Shown here in pieces: positions 24,678 through 32,346 of a DNA stretch of 32,346 nt. The notes under the pieces are model-generated. The model saw only the letters and a program-made list of their open reading frames with translations. It was not told the DNA's origin and did not search any database. Each line of letters begins with the position of its first letter. Position 1 is the stretch's first letter. The stretch spans positions 1-32,346 of the forward strand of contig DATIGZ010000372.1 in assembly GCA_035481255.1 (NCBI GenBank), read 5' to 3'. The DNA comes from Sphingomonas sp. Its GTDB lineage: Bacteria > Pseudomonadota > Alphaproteobacteria > Sphingomonadales > Sphingomonadaceae. A program made the position numbers and the translations under genes.

Positions 24678-25867
24678 GGATGCTGGCGCACCACGCCCGA
24701 TTCGATCAGCGCCTCGATCGCCTTGGCATCCAGTCCCGCCTCGCGCAGCAGCTCGCGGCTGTGCTCGCCGACCAGCGGCGCGCCGCGCTCGACGGTCGAG
24801 GGGGTCTTGGAGAAGCGGATCGGGAAGCCCGGCGCCTTCACCCGGCCTTCGGTCGGATGATCGTACTCGACGAAGGTGCCGTTATGCTTGATCTGCGGAT
24901 CCTCGACCAGATCGGCATAGCCATAGACCGGGCCGGCCCAGATATCGCGCGCGCGCATCTCCTCCAGCCACGCCGCGCTGGTGCGCGCGGGGAGATGCTC
25001 CTTGACCTTGGCGAAGATCTGATCGCGCAGCGCCCAGCTGTCGCGCTCGTCGTCGAGCCCGTCGAAGAAGGAATCCTCGAACAGTTCGCCAAGCTTTTTG
25101 AGCGAGGCCATGGCGACGGTGATGTAGCCGTCGCTGGTGGCGAACACGCCATAAGGCGCGCGGATATAGCTGTGCGCGTGCGGCTCGGCCGATCGCGCTT
25201 GCGGCTTCTCGCCGACGGTGAACACCGACAGTTCCTGCATCTGGATCGTGGTGATCGCGTCGAGCATGTTGACCTGAACCAGCTGCCCCTCGCCCGTCCG
25301 CTCGCGGTGGAACAAAGCGGCGAGCGCGCCCTCGAACGCCGAATAGGCGGTGACCGCGTCGACCAGATATTGCCCGGCGGCGGACGGCGGCGCGCCTTCC
25401 GCGCCGGTCGACATCATCGCGCCCGACATGCCCTGCAGCAGCAGGTCCTGCCCCGGATAGTTGCGGTACGGCCCGTCCTCGCCATAGCCCGACATCGAGA
25501 CATAGATCAGGCGCGGGTTGATCGCGCTGAGTGTCGCATAGTCCACGCCCAGCCGCTCGGCGACGCCGGGGCGGTAGTTCTGCAGGAACACATCGGCGTC
25601 CTTGACCAGCTCAAGCAACAACGCCTTGCCCTCGGGCGCCTTCAAGTCGACCGCGAGGCTGCGCTTGTTGCGGTTCAGCGAGAGGAACGAGACGTTGATC
25701 TTGTTGCCATTGGCACCGCCCGCGCTGGCGTGGCGCTGCCACTCGCCGCTGGTCGGCTCGACCTTCACCACGTCCGCGCCCATGTCGCCCATGCGCTGCG
25801 CCGCGAACGGGCCGGCCATCGCGATCGAGCAGTCGAGCACGCGGATGCCGCTCAGGATATTGGTCAC
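24674..25867 (-). CDS. Family III CoA-transferase (CaiB/BaiF)
   Basis: GTG start; LSGIRVLD..AGPFA..GADVVKVE, NRNKRS, NYRPGV, SGYG..GP, GQD (catalytic Asp), TGEGQ, APLVGEH. Confidence 0.95.
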   Translation of the reverse strand: MTNILSGIRVLDCSIAMAGPFAAQRMGDMGADVVKVEPTSGEWQRHASAGGANGNKINVSFLSLNRNKRSLAVDLKAPEGKALLLELVKDADVFLQNYRPGVAERLGVDYATLSAINPRLIYVSMSGYGEDGPYRNYPGQDLLLQGMSGAMMSTGAEGAPPSAAGQYLVDAVTAYSAFEGALAALFHRERTGEGQLVQVNMLDAITTIQMQELSVFTVGEKPQARSAEPHAHSYIRAPYGVFATSDGYITVAMASLKKLGELFEDSFFDGLDDERDSWALRDQIFAKVKEHLPARTSAAWLEEMRARDIWAGPVYGYADLVEDPQIKHNGTFVEYDHPTEGRVKAPGFPIRFSKTPSTVERGAPLVGEHSRELLREAGLDAKAIEALIESGVVRQHP

Positions 25868-25879
25868 GTCTTCTGTTCC

Positions 25880-26626
25880 TTAATTCATGGTCCAGCCGCC
25901 ATTGACGTGCAGCGTCTGGCCGGTGACGAAACCGGACTCGTCGCTCGCGAAAAAGGCGATGGCGTTGGCGATGTCTTGGGCGGTGCCGCGGCGTTTGATC
26001 GCCTGCGCGTCGAGCACCAGGCGGTTATACCCTTCGGGATCGGGATGGATCTTTTCAGCGTCGGTCGGGAAGGCGCCGGGCGCGATCGCGTTGACCGTCA
26101 CGCCGTACGGCCCGAACTCGCGCGCCCACGCCCGCGTCAGGCCGACCAGCGCCATCTTCGATGCGACATAGGGCGAAAGGTTCGACCAGCCGCCCGAGAC
26201 GGTGATGCTGGAAACATTGATGATACGGCCGAAGCCGCGCTCCCGCATCCCCGGCAGCGCCGCCTGCACCGCGACGATTCCCGCATCGACATTGACGCGC
26301 TGGACCGCCTGATGCTCCTCGATCGAGTAATCCTCGAAGGGCTTGGACGGATAGATCGCGGCGTTGTTGATGACGACGTCGAACCCGCCGGTCTCCTCGA
26401 TCAGCACGTCAAGCGTCACGCGCAGCCGGTCGAGATCGGAGAGATCGGCCGTGGAGACGATCAGCTTGCCCGGCCCCTTGCCCGCCGCGGCGGCCTCCAG
26501 CTCCTCGACCTTGGCCAGATCATGGTCGATCGCCACCACGGTCGCTCCGCGCTCGATCAGCAGCAGCGTCGTTTCGAGGCCAAGGCCGCCTGCGGCCCCG
26601 GTAAAGAGAACCGTGCGGCCCTTCAT
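25880..26626 (-). CDS. SDR family NAD(P)-dependent oxidoreductase
   Basis: TGAAGGLG, NNAA, NVSS, YVASK, VNAIAPG, TGQTLHVNGG; ATG 26626 with GGAGG RBS. Confidence 0.92.
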   Translation of the reverse strand: MKGRTVLFTGAAGGLGLETTLLLIERGATVVAIDHDLAKVEELEAAAAGKGPGKLIVSTADLSDLDRLRVTLDVLIEETGGFDVVINNAAIYPSKPFEDYSIEEHQAVQRVNVDAGIVAVQAALPGMRERGFGRIINVSSITVSGGWSNLSPYVASKMALVGLTRAWAREFGPYGVTVNAIAPGAFPTDAEKIHPDPEGYNRLVLDAQAIKRRGTAQDIANAIAFFASDESGFVTGQTLHVNGGWTMN

Positions 26627-27804
26627 TTGGCACCTCCGATCGGCGGAAAATTGCCCGAGGGTGCGGGATATTCGTCGGCGGGCTGAAGCGCGACGCCCTC
26701 GATCCGCTTGACCGCATCGGCGACCGCACCGGCGCCGGGCAGGATGCGGAAGACGCTGTCGTAGCGGCGCTCCTCGCCGTGCTCGAGCCAGATCAGTTCG
26801 CCGCGCTCGCGCGCGAAATCCTTGCCCATGACATGGTTGGTCGAAGGCTCGATCCCCACGGCATAGTGACCGGCGTGGAGGTTCTGCCATTCGTACATCG
26901 CGGGGAACTGGTCCTTGCGCGTCTCGACCTCGAACCCGAAGCCGATCGCCTCGTTGACCACCGCGACATTGACCTTGCCGTCCGTGTCGGGGGCCATGTC
27001 GTGCTGCCACACCTGCTCGTGGAAATTGACGATCGGCGCGGGGAAGGTGCGGTATCCGGTATTCTGGTCGCGATACTTGTCCTCGTGCGCGGCCCAGATC
27101 ACATCGCGGACCGGCGCGACATAGCGCGACCCCTCAGCCACCACCGGATGGCTGACGTTGATGTGGTAGCAGTACATGTGCGGCGTGCGGTAGAAACCGT
27201 GATTGACCACGCGGTCGATCAGGCGGATCTCGTCGCCGCCGACATCGGCCTCGATCCGCCGGATCAGATGCAGATCCTCGCCGAACACGGTCGATTGCTG
27301 GACGATCCCTTCGGCCCAGAGGATGCAGCGGTCGCCATCCCAGCTTTCGCCATAGCCACTCAGCCGCGCCGGAATCGTGCCGATGCGGCCATGGAGCGAC
27401 GACGAGACCTTCTCGCGCGGGCCGTAATGATAATGGCCGGCGGGGTCGTCGTGCATGAAGAGGACATGGTCGAGACCACAGGTGATCAGCAGACCCGACA
27501 TCGAGCGGAACCAGCCAAGGCCGCCCTCACCCTCATAGTCGTGCAAGCCCGGATGGCGGAAGCCCGACGGCGAATGCCAGCCCACCGCGCGGCCATTATG
27601 CTCGCACTCTGCAATATCCATCGCGCGATCGACCAGCACGGTGAAGCGCAGGCCGCTGCCGGTGCGGAATTCGAGCTGACGCACGCCGCGCTCGACGCCG
27701 TCGCCCAGCGTCGACAGGCGAACGCCCGCGAATTGCGAGAGCGAACCCGATCGCGCCGCAAGGTCGCGCCGGTTAAGGGTCTCGCCATAGAGCCTTGGCA
27801 CCAT
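26623..27804 (-). CDS. DUF4432 / aldose 1-epimerase-like protein
   Basis: GLRFTVLVDRAMDI, GLLITCGL, LHGRI, YHIN, YAVGIEPST. Confidence 0.85.
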   Translation of the reverse strand: MVPRLYGETLNRRDLAARSGSLSQFAGVRLSTLGDGVERGVRQLEFRTGSGLRFTVLVDRAMDIAECEHNGRAVGWHSPSGFRHPGLHDYEGEGGLGWFRSMSGLLITCGLDHVLFMHDDPAGHYHYGPREKVSSSLHGRIGTIPARLSGYGESWDGDRCILWAEGIVQQSTVFGEDLHLIRRIEADVGGDEIRLIDRVVNHGFYRTPHMYCYHINVSHPVVAEGSRYVAPVRDVIWAAHEDKYRDQNTGYRTFPAPIVNFHEQVWQHDMAPDTDGKVNVAVVNEAIGFGFEVETRKDQFPAMYEWQNLHAGHYAVGIEPSTNHVMGKDFARERGELIWLEHGEERRYDSVFRILPGAGAVADAVKRIEGVALQPADEYPAPSGNFPPIGGAK

Positions 27805-27814
27805 CCCGCTCCAT

Positions 27815-27838
27815 CATCATATTGTACGATGTATGATG
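27815..27838. promoter_or_regulatory. Operator-like inverted repeat in the divergent intergenic region
   Basis: CATCATA-N10-TATGATG. Confidence 0.7.
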
Positions 27839-27889
27839 TTTAAGGCAGGATGGCGCTTTGCGTCAATCGACGTTGCCGGAGAATTCGAA

Positions 27890-28246
27890 ATGCCACTTAT
27901 CCGTCGCTGCTTCGCCGTCGACCTGCATGACGATCCCGGCCTGATCGCCGCCTATCGCCGCTGGCACGAGCCGGGAGGACCGCCGGCGGCAGTCAACGCC
28001 GCGATTCGCGCCGACGGGGTCGAGTCGCTCGAAATCTGGCTGGTCGGCGACCGGATGTTCATGCTGATGGAACAGGACACGGACCGGGCGCCCGATACGG
28101 AGACCAAGCGCGCGCGGGACACGGCGAACCCTGAGGTCGCGGCGTGGGACACGCTGATGGCGAGCTTCCAGAAATCCCTGCCCTTCGCGCCCGGCCAGAC
28201 CTGGGTGGAGATGGAGCGGGTTTATGCGCTGAGCGAGCAGGCTTAG
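27890..28246 (+). CDS. L-rhamnose/L-fucose mutarotase family protein
   Basis: RCFAVDL.DDP.LIAAYRRWH, LEIWLVGDRMFMLME, NPEV..W..LM..FQ, WVEMERVY; GGAG RBS before ATG 27890. Confidence 0.85.
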   Translation: MPLIRRCFAVDLHDDPGLIAAYRRWHEPGGPPAAVNAAIRADGVESLEIWLVGDRMFMLMEQDTDRAPDTETKRARDTANPEVAAWDTLMASFQKSLPFAPGQTWVEMERVYALSEQA

Positions 28247-28259
28247 CCCGCGCCAACAC

Positions 28260-28366
28260 CGTCATCCCGGCCCTGCGCCGGTATCTATCGGGTAGCCCAT
28301 TCCGGATAAGAGGCTCGCGGGCATCGTACGCGGCATCGTTGACCCCGGCACAAGGCCGGGGGGACG
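28260..28366. repeat. CGTC-tagged REP-like dimeric palindrome, copy 3
   Basis: CGTCATCCCGGCCCTGCGCCGGTATC ... GACCCCGGCACAAGGCCGGGGGGACG between convergent genes. Confidence 0.8.
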
Positions 28367-28377
28367 ACCCGCGGATT

Positions 28378-29112
28378 TCACCCCCGCGGCTGAGCGCGCC
28401 GCTTTTCCCACGATCCGGCGATATGCTCGCGCATCGCCGCCGACGCGCGGTCGGGGTCGCCCGCGGCGATCGCCTCATAGACCTTACGGTGCGCGGCATG
28501 GGTCAGCTTGACATGCTCGACGCTGAGCTTGCCCGAATAGCCATGCGTGCGCAGCGCTTCGGACTGGATGCCGTCGATGATCGCCTTGCTCAGCCGGTCG
28601 CCCGACATGCCCATGATGATGTCGTGGAACTTCAGATCCTCGACCACATAGGCCGACGGCATCGTCACCAGCCCTTCCAGCTTCTCGATCTGGTCGCGCA
28701 GCTCCGAGATCGACTCGGGCGTCGCGTTCGCCGCGGCCTTTGCCGCCATCGCCGATTCGAGCAGCGTGCGGACCTCCGACAGATTGTCGAGATAGCGCAG
28801 CCCGTCCTCGCCCTGGAACAGCGCGGAGAGGATCATCGGGTCGAGCATGTTCCACGCACGACTGCCGCGCACGATCGTGCCGCGCCCTTGCTGCGAGACC
28901 ACCAGCCCCTTCTCGGTCAGCGCCGTCGTCGCCTCCCGCACCACGGTGCGGCTGACGTCGTACATCTCGCACAGCATGTTCTCCGGCGGCAGCGCGGTGC
29001 CGACCGGATAGGTGCCCATGACGATCGAATTGACCAGATCCTCGACCACCGCGGTCGACAAGCGCGGGCGGCGTCGGACCCGCTGGTGTGCGGCCATGGC
29101 TTCGCTGTTCAT
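28378..29112 (-). CDS. FadR-subfamily GntR transcriptional regulator
   Basis: LPPENMLCEMYDVSRTVVREA..GLV..QGRGT winged HTH; FCD domain EVRTLLE, DLKFH, HRKVYEAI..AMREHI; GAGAGAGG upstream of ATG 29112. Confidence 0.93.
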   Translation of the reverse strand: MNSEAMAAHQRVRRRPRLSTAVVEDLVNSIVMGTYPVGTALPPENMLCEMYDVSRTVVREATTALTEKGLVVSQQGRGTIVRGSRAWNMLDPMILSALFQGEDGLRYLDNLSEVRTLLESAMAAKAAANATPESISELRDQIEKLEGLVTMPSAYVVEDLKFHDIIMGMSGDRLSKAIIDGIQSEALRTHGYSGKLSVEHVKLTHAAHRKVYEAIAAGDPDRASAAMREHIAGSWEKRRAQPRG

Positions 29113-29233
29113 TCGCCTCTCTCGCTCACGCCGTCCCGCTCTCCGTCCATTCCATCTACGCCATCGCCGCAAAACTGCAAAAGGGTGAAGCCGCAACGCC
29201 CGATACGTCAAGGGCTTGCAGTTTTACGGGGGC

Positions 29234-29263
29234 TTGCAGATTTGGAAAGATCATACATACTAT
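29234..29263 (+). promoter_or_regulatory. Putative sigma70 promoter of the enolase-MFS operon overlapped by the operator motif
   Basis: TTGCAG (29234) ... TACTAT (29258); ATCATACATA at 29250-29259 is identical to the reverse complement of 31788-31797. Confidence 0.55.
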
Positions 29264-29312
29264 GTTTCGACAGCGGGCGGAAGTGACGCCTGCATAGGGG
29301 CATCGCCAACGC

Positions 29313-30464
29313 ATGAAGATCACCGGATATCGCAGCCTGACGACGACCCATGACTGGGGCCGGCCGGTTGGCGACGTGAACGGCGTGGTCGAAAGCGGGG
29401 TGACCGAAGTGCCGATCTTGCTGCTCGAGACCGATGGCGGGCTGACCGGCATCGGGCTTGGCCAGCACGCCGATATCGCCCGCGTCTTTCCCGCGGTGGA
29501 GGGACAGGATCCGCGCGCCGTCAACGCGCTGTACGACTCGATGCTCGCGCATGTGTTCAAGAGCGGCCATGCCGGCGCGACCTATGGCGCGATCGCCGCG
29601 GTCGACATGGCGCTGTGGGATTTGAAGGCCAAGATGGCCGACGAGCCGCTGTGGCGCACGCTGGGCGCGCTCGACCGGTTCGTGCCCGGCTACGCCTCGG
29701 GCCTGTGCTACGGCCTGAGCGACGACGCCTTCGCCGCGCATTATCGCGAATGGGCGGGGCGCGGCTTCACCTCCGCCAAGATCAAGGGCGGACGCGATAT
29801 CACGCGCGACATCGACCGGCTGCTGACCGCGCGCGGCATCCTGTCGGCCAACACCAGCCGTCCGGCGATGATGCTCGACGTCAACGAGGCGTGGAACGTC
29901 AAGCAGGCGGTCCGCCACCTCGCCGAGATCGAGGCGGTGCTTGACCTCACCTGGATCGAGGAGCCGGTGCGGCGCTGGGACGCCGAGGGGCACGCCCGCA
30001 TCTCGCGCGCGTGCCGCGCCGCGGTGGCGACGGGCGAGAACCTGACGGGGCTCGACCAGTTCGCACCGCTGTTCGATGCGAAGGCCGCCGATGTCGTGCA
30101 GACCGGCAGCGTCTGGGGCATCACCCACTTCCTGCGCGTCGCGACCGCCGCGCACGCCCGCAACCTGCCCGTCTCACCGGTCGGCTACAACACCAACCCG
30201 GTGGCCCACGCCGCCGCGGCGCTGCCCAACATGATCGGGATCGAAGTTCAGGACTGGAACGCGCCCAGGGGGCTGACGGTCGACCAGACCATCGTCGATG
30301 GCGGCGTCCGGTTGGGCGATACGCCCGGCCTTGGCATCGCACTCGACGAGACGGCGCTGGCCAATGGCGCCGCCCCCGGCTGGAACAGCGCCGGCGGCCC
30401 GCACCGCCGCCCGCGCCATGCCGGACTGCGACTGGTGCCCGACGGGCCGCAGGCCGCCGAGTAA
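29313..30464 (+). CDS. Mandelate racemase/muconate lactonizing enzyme (enolase superfamily) protein
   Basis: AIAAVDMALWDLKAK, KIK, DVNE, WIEEP, ATGEN metal ligands, PGLGI. Confidence 0.92.
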   Translation: MKITGYRSLTTTHDWGRPVGDVNGVVESGVTEVPILLLETDGGLTGIGLGQHADIARVFPAVEGQDPRAVNALYDSMLAHVFKSGHAGATYGAIAAVDMALWDLKAKMADEPLWRTLGALDRFVPGYASGLCYGLSDDAFAAHYREWAGRGFTSAKIKGGRDITRDIDRLLTARGILSANTSRPAMMLDVNEAWNVKQAVRHLAEIEAVLDLTWIEEPVRRWDAEGHARISRACRAAVATGENLTGLDQFAPLFDAKAADVVQTGSVWGITHFLRVATAAHARNLPVSPVGYNTNPVAHAAAALPNMIGIEVQDWNAPRGLTVDQTIVDGGVRLGDTPGLGIALDETALANGAAPGWNSAGGPHRRPRHAGLRLVPDGPQAAE

Positions 30465-30510
30465 CCCCGACAGCAACGACGATATAAAAGAAGCGATCAC
30501 CGGAGAGACC

Positions 30511-31770
30511 ATGGCCAGCGCCGCCAACACCAACCCGTCTTATGTGCTGGGGCCGCAGCGAGCGAAGCTGCAGCTGTCGCTGATGGTCAATTTCTTCCTT
30601 TTGATGGCGCTCTACAGCGGCGTGCTCGGCGTACTGCTGCCCAATCAGATCGCAGAGCTGGACGAGGGGTCGAAGGCCAACAACCTCGCGCTGATCTTCT
30701 TCATCACCTCGATCTTCTCGACCCTGACCACCCCGATCGCCGGCGCGTTGTCGGATCGGACGCGCAGCCGCTGGGGGCGCCGCTCGCCATGGATCGCGAT
30801 CGCGTCGCTGATCGGATCGGCGGCGCTGTTCGGCGTATCGTGGATGACCAGCTTCTGGTCGCTGATGGTGCTGTGGGTGATGGCGGCGGTGGCCTATAAC
30901 TCAATGCAACCGGCGATGACGACCCTGATCGCCGACCGCTTCGCGCCCGAGACGCGCGGCGCGGTCAGCGGCATCGTCGGCGCGGGAATGACCGCCGGCC
31001 TCACCGCCGGCACCGTCGTCGCGGGCTATCTCGCGGGCGAGCGCGCGCTGGCCTATGGCCTGTTCGCCGGCGCGGTGGCCGCGTCGTGCCTCGCCTTTGT
31101 CGCGATCAACCGCGAACCCCCGAGCGACCATATGCCCCGTCGTCCGATGCGTTGGGGCGAGTTCCTCAAGGGCTTCTGGATCTCGCCGCGCGAGCACCCC
31201 GATTTCGCCTGGGCCTTCGCCAGCCGCTTCTTCATCTACATGGGGTATCAGGCGGTCGCGGCGTACCTGCTTTATATCCTGCGCGACTATATCGGCCTCG
31301 CCAACGACGCGTCGAACATCGCCATCGCCAACATGGCGATCATCACGCTGATCTGCCTTGTCGCCTCCTCGCTCATCTCCGGCTGGCTTTCGGACAAGTA
31401 TCAGGCACGCAAGCCGTTCGTGATCCTGGGCAGCCTGATCATGGGCTGCGCGATGGTCGCACCGCTCGCGGCCCCCAACATGCAGGGCATGTGGGCCTAC
31501 GCCGCGATCATCGGCGTCGGCTACGGCATGTTCATGTCGATCGACATGGCGCTGATGACGCAGGTCCTGCCCAAGAGCGCGCTCGGCGACGAGGGTAAGG
31601 ATCTGGGCATACTGACGACCGCGGTGAACATCCCGCAGATCATCAGCCCGGTGATGGCCGCAGGGCTGCTTTACCTGTTCGCGAACGACTACCGCGCGAT
31701 CTTCTGGGCGGCGGTGATCTTCGTATTCGGCTCGGCGCTGTGCGTCCTGCCGATCCGCGGAGTGCGCTGA
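30511..31770 (+). CDS. MFS transporter (putative sugar/sugar-acid)
   Basis: GALSDRTRSRWGRRSPW motif A, second-half GWLSDK..RKP, about 12 TM segments; GGAG RBS. Confidence 0.92.
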   Translation: MASAANTNPSYVLGPQRAKLQLSLMVNFFLLMALYSGVLGVLLPNQIAELDEGSKANNLALIFFITSIFSTLTTPIAGALSDRTRSRWGRRSPWIAIASLIGSAALFGVSWMTSFWSLMVLWVMAAVAYNSMQPAMTTLIADRFAPETRGAVSGIVGAGMTAGLTAGTVVAGYLAGERALAYGLFAGAVAASCLAFVAINREPPSDHMPRRPMRWGEFLKGFWISPREHPDFAWAFASRFFIYMGYQAVAAYLLYILRDYIGLANDASNIAIANMAIITLICLVASSLISGWLSDKYQARKPFVILGSLIMGCAMVAPLAAPNMQGMWAYAAIIGVGYGMFMSIDMALMTQVLPKSALGDEGKDLGILTTAVNIPQIISPVMAAGLLYLFANDYRAIFWAAVIFVFGSALCVLPIRGVR

Positions 31771-31780
31771 CCCCGCGCTA

Positions 31781-31815
31781 TTTATAATATGTATGATGAT
31801 AATTTGACATACGGA
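31781..31815. promoter_or_regulatory. AT-rich operator/promoter region upstream of the TonB-dependent receptor
   Basis: TATGTATGATGATAATTTGACATACG; contains the locus motif GTATGATGA. Confidence 0.6.
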
Positions 31816-31863
31816 TTGGCTTGCGCCATTCTGACGTCAAACAAGGATCCCAAGGAGGGGAAG

Positions 31864-32346
31864 ATGAAGTTTCGCCGTGCCCTGTTGCTGTCTGCCGTCG
31901 CCGGAAGCGCGCTGACGCTGGTGCAGCCCGCTTTTGCGCAGGACGCGCCCGCGGCTGAGGAAGCCGCCCCCGTCGAAGAGGAAATCCTCGTCACCGGCAT
32001 CCGCGCTTCGGAGCGCGCCGCGATCGACCTCAAGCGCAACGCTGTCGCGGTGGTCGATTCGATCGTCGCCGAGGATCTGGGTAAGCTGCCCGACCAGAAT
32101 GTCGCGGAATCGCTGCAGCGCGTCGCCGGCGTGACGATCGAGCGCAACCGCGGTGAGGGGCGTTTCATCACCGTCCGCGGTTTCGGTCCTAAGTTCAACA
32201 TGGTGACCGTCAACGGCCGCACGCTGGCGACCGACAATAACGGCCGCGAATTCTCGTTCGACGTCATTCCGTCGGAGATCATCTCGGGCGCCGACGTGTA
32301 CAAATCGCCCCAGGCGAACCTCAACGGCTCGTCCATCGGCGCGACC
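31864..32346 (+). CDS. TonB-dependent receptor, 5' part (truncated by the window; not in the ORF track)
   Basis: Hand translation: MKFRRALLLSAVAGSALTLVQPAFAQ..EEILVTGIRAS..VVDSIVAEDLGKLPDQNVAESLQRVAGVTIERNRGEGRFITVRG; AAGGAGG RBS. Confidence 0.95.
   Translation, partial: MKFRRALLLSAVAGSALTLVQPAFAQDAPAAEEAAPVEEEILVTGIRASERAAIDLKRNAVAVVDSIVAEDLGKLPDQNVAESLQRVAGVTIERNRGEGRFITVRGFGPKFNMVTVNGRTLATDNNGREFSFDVIPSEIISGADVYKSPQANLNGSSIGAT

Noticed and set aside
21733-26686. Long plus-strand ORFs (616, 426 and 668 aa)
   Set aside because: Antisense to well-supported minus-strand enzymes; Arg-rich, no family motifs.
1899-28366. Repeat copies as a CRISPR array
   Set aside because: Dispersed over 26 kb, no regular spacers and no cas genes.
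21039-30464. Known apiose/apionate pathway
   Set aside because: A glycerate exit would be compatible, but no transketolase, RuBisCO-like protein, apionate oxidoisomerase or FGGY kinase is visible in the window.

Overview
High-GC alphaproteobacterial chromosome segment, most likely a sphingomonad (inferred from gene order, CGTC-type palindromic repeats and a TonB-receptor-based carbohydrate locus). Positions 1-12860 are mainly housekeeping genes: RadC-like JAB protein, thyA-folA, M19 dipeptidase, ribF-ileS-lspA-DUF3035, TorF-like porin, RidA-HAD-DUF3572, divK, rpmG, a small HPt-like ORF, a GDT1-family protein and dps. From about 12916 to the window end lies a roughly 19 kb carbohydrate utilisation locus, truncated inside its TonB-dependent receptor. 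It encodes two GH28-like beta-helix enzymes with Tat-like signals, a GH141-like enzyme, a ThuA-domain protein, an MFS permease, a FadR/GntR regulator with a repeated ATCATA(C/T) operator-like motif, and part of an oxidative L-fucose-type sugar-acid route. It also carries an unusual tightly packed operon: DUF4432 epimerase, SDR, family III CoA-transferase, a signal-less solute-binding-fold protein, enoyl-CoA hydratase, hydroxypyruvate/glycerate dehydrogenase and a GLYK-type kinase. This operon is the best candidate for an undescribed system, a CoA-dependent pathway for a rare (O-methylated or branched) plant or algal sugar. No rRNA, tRNA, CRISPR, integrase or transposase was seen. All family calls come from motif recognition by eye; no database searches were run.
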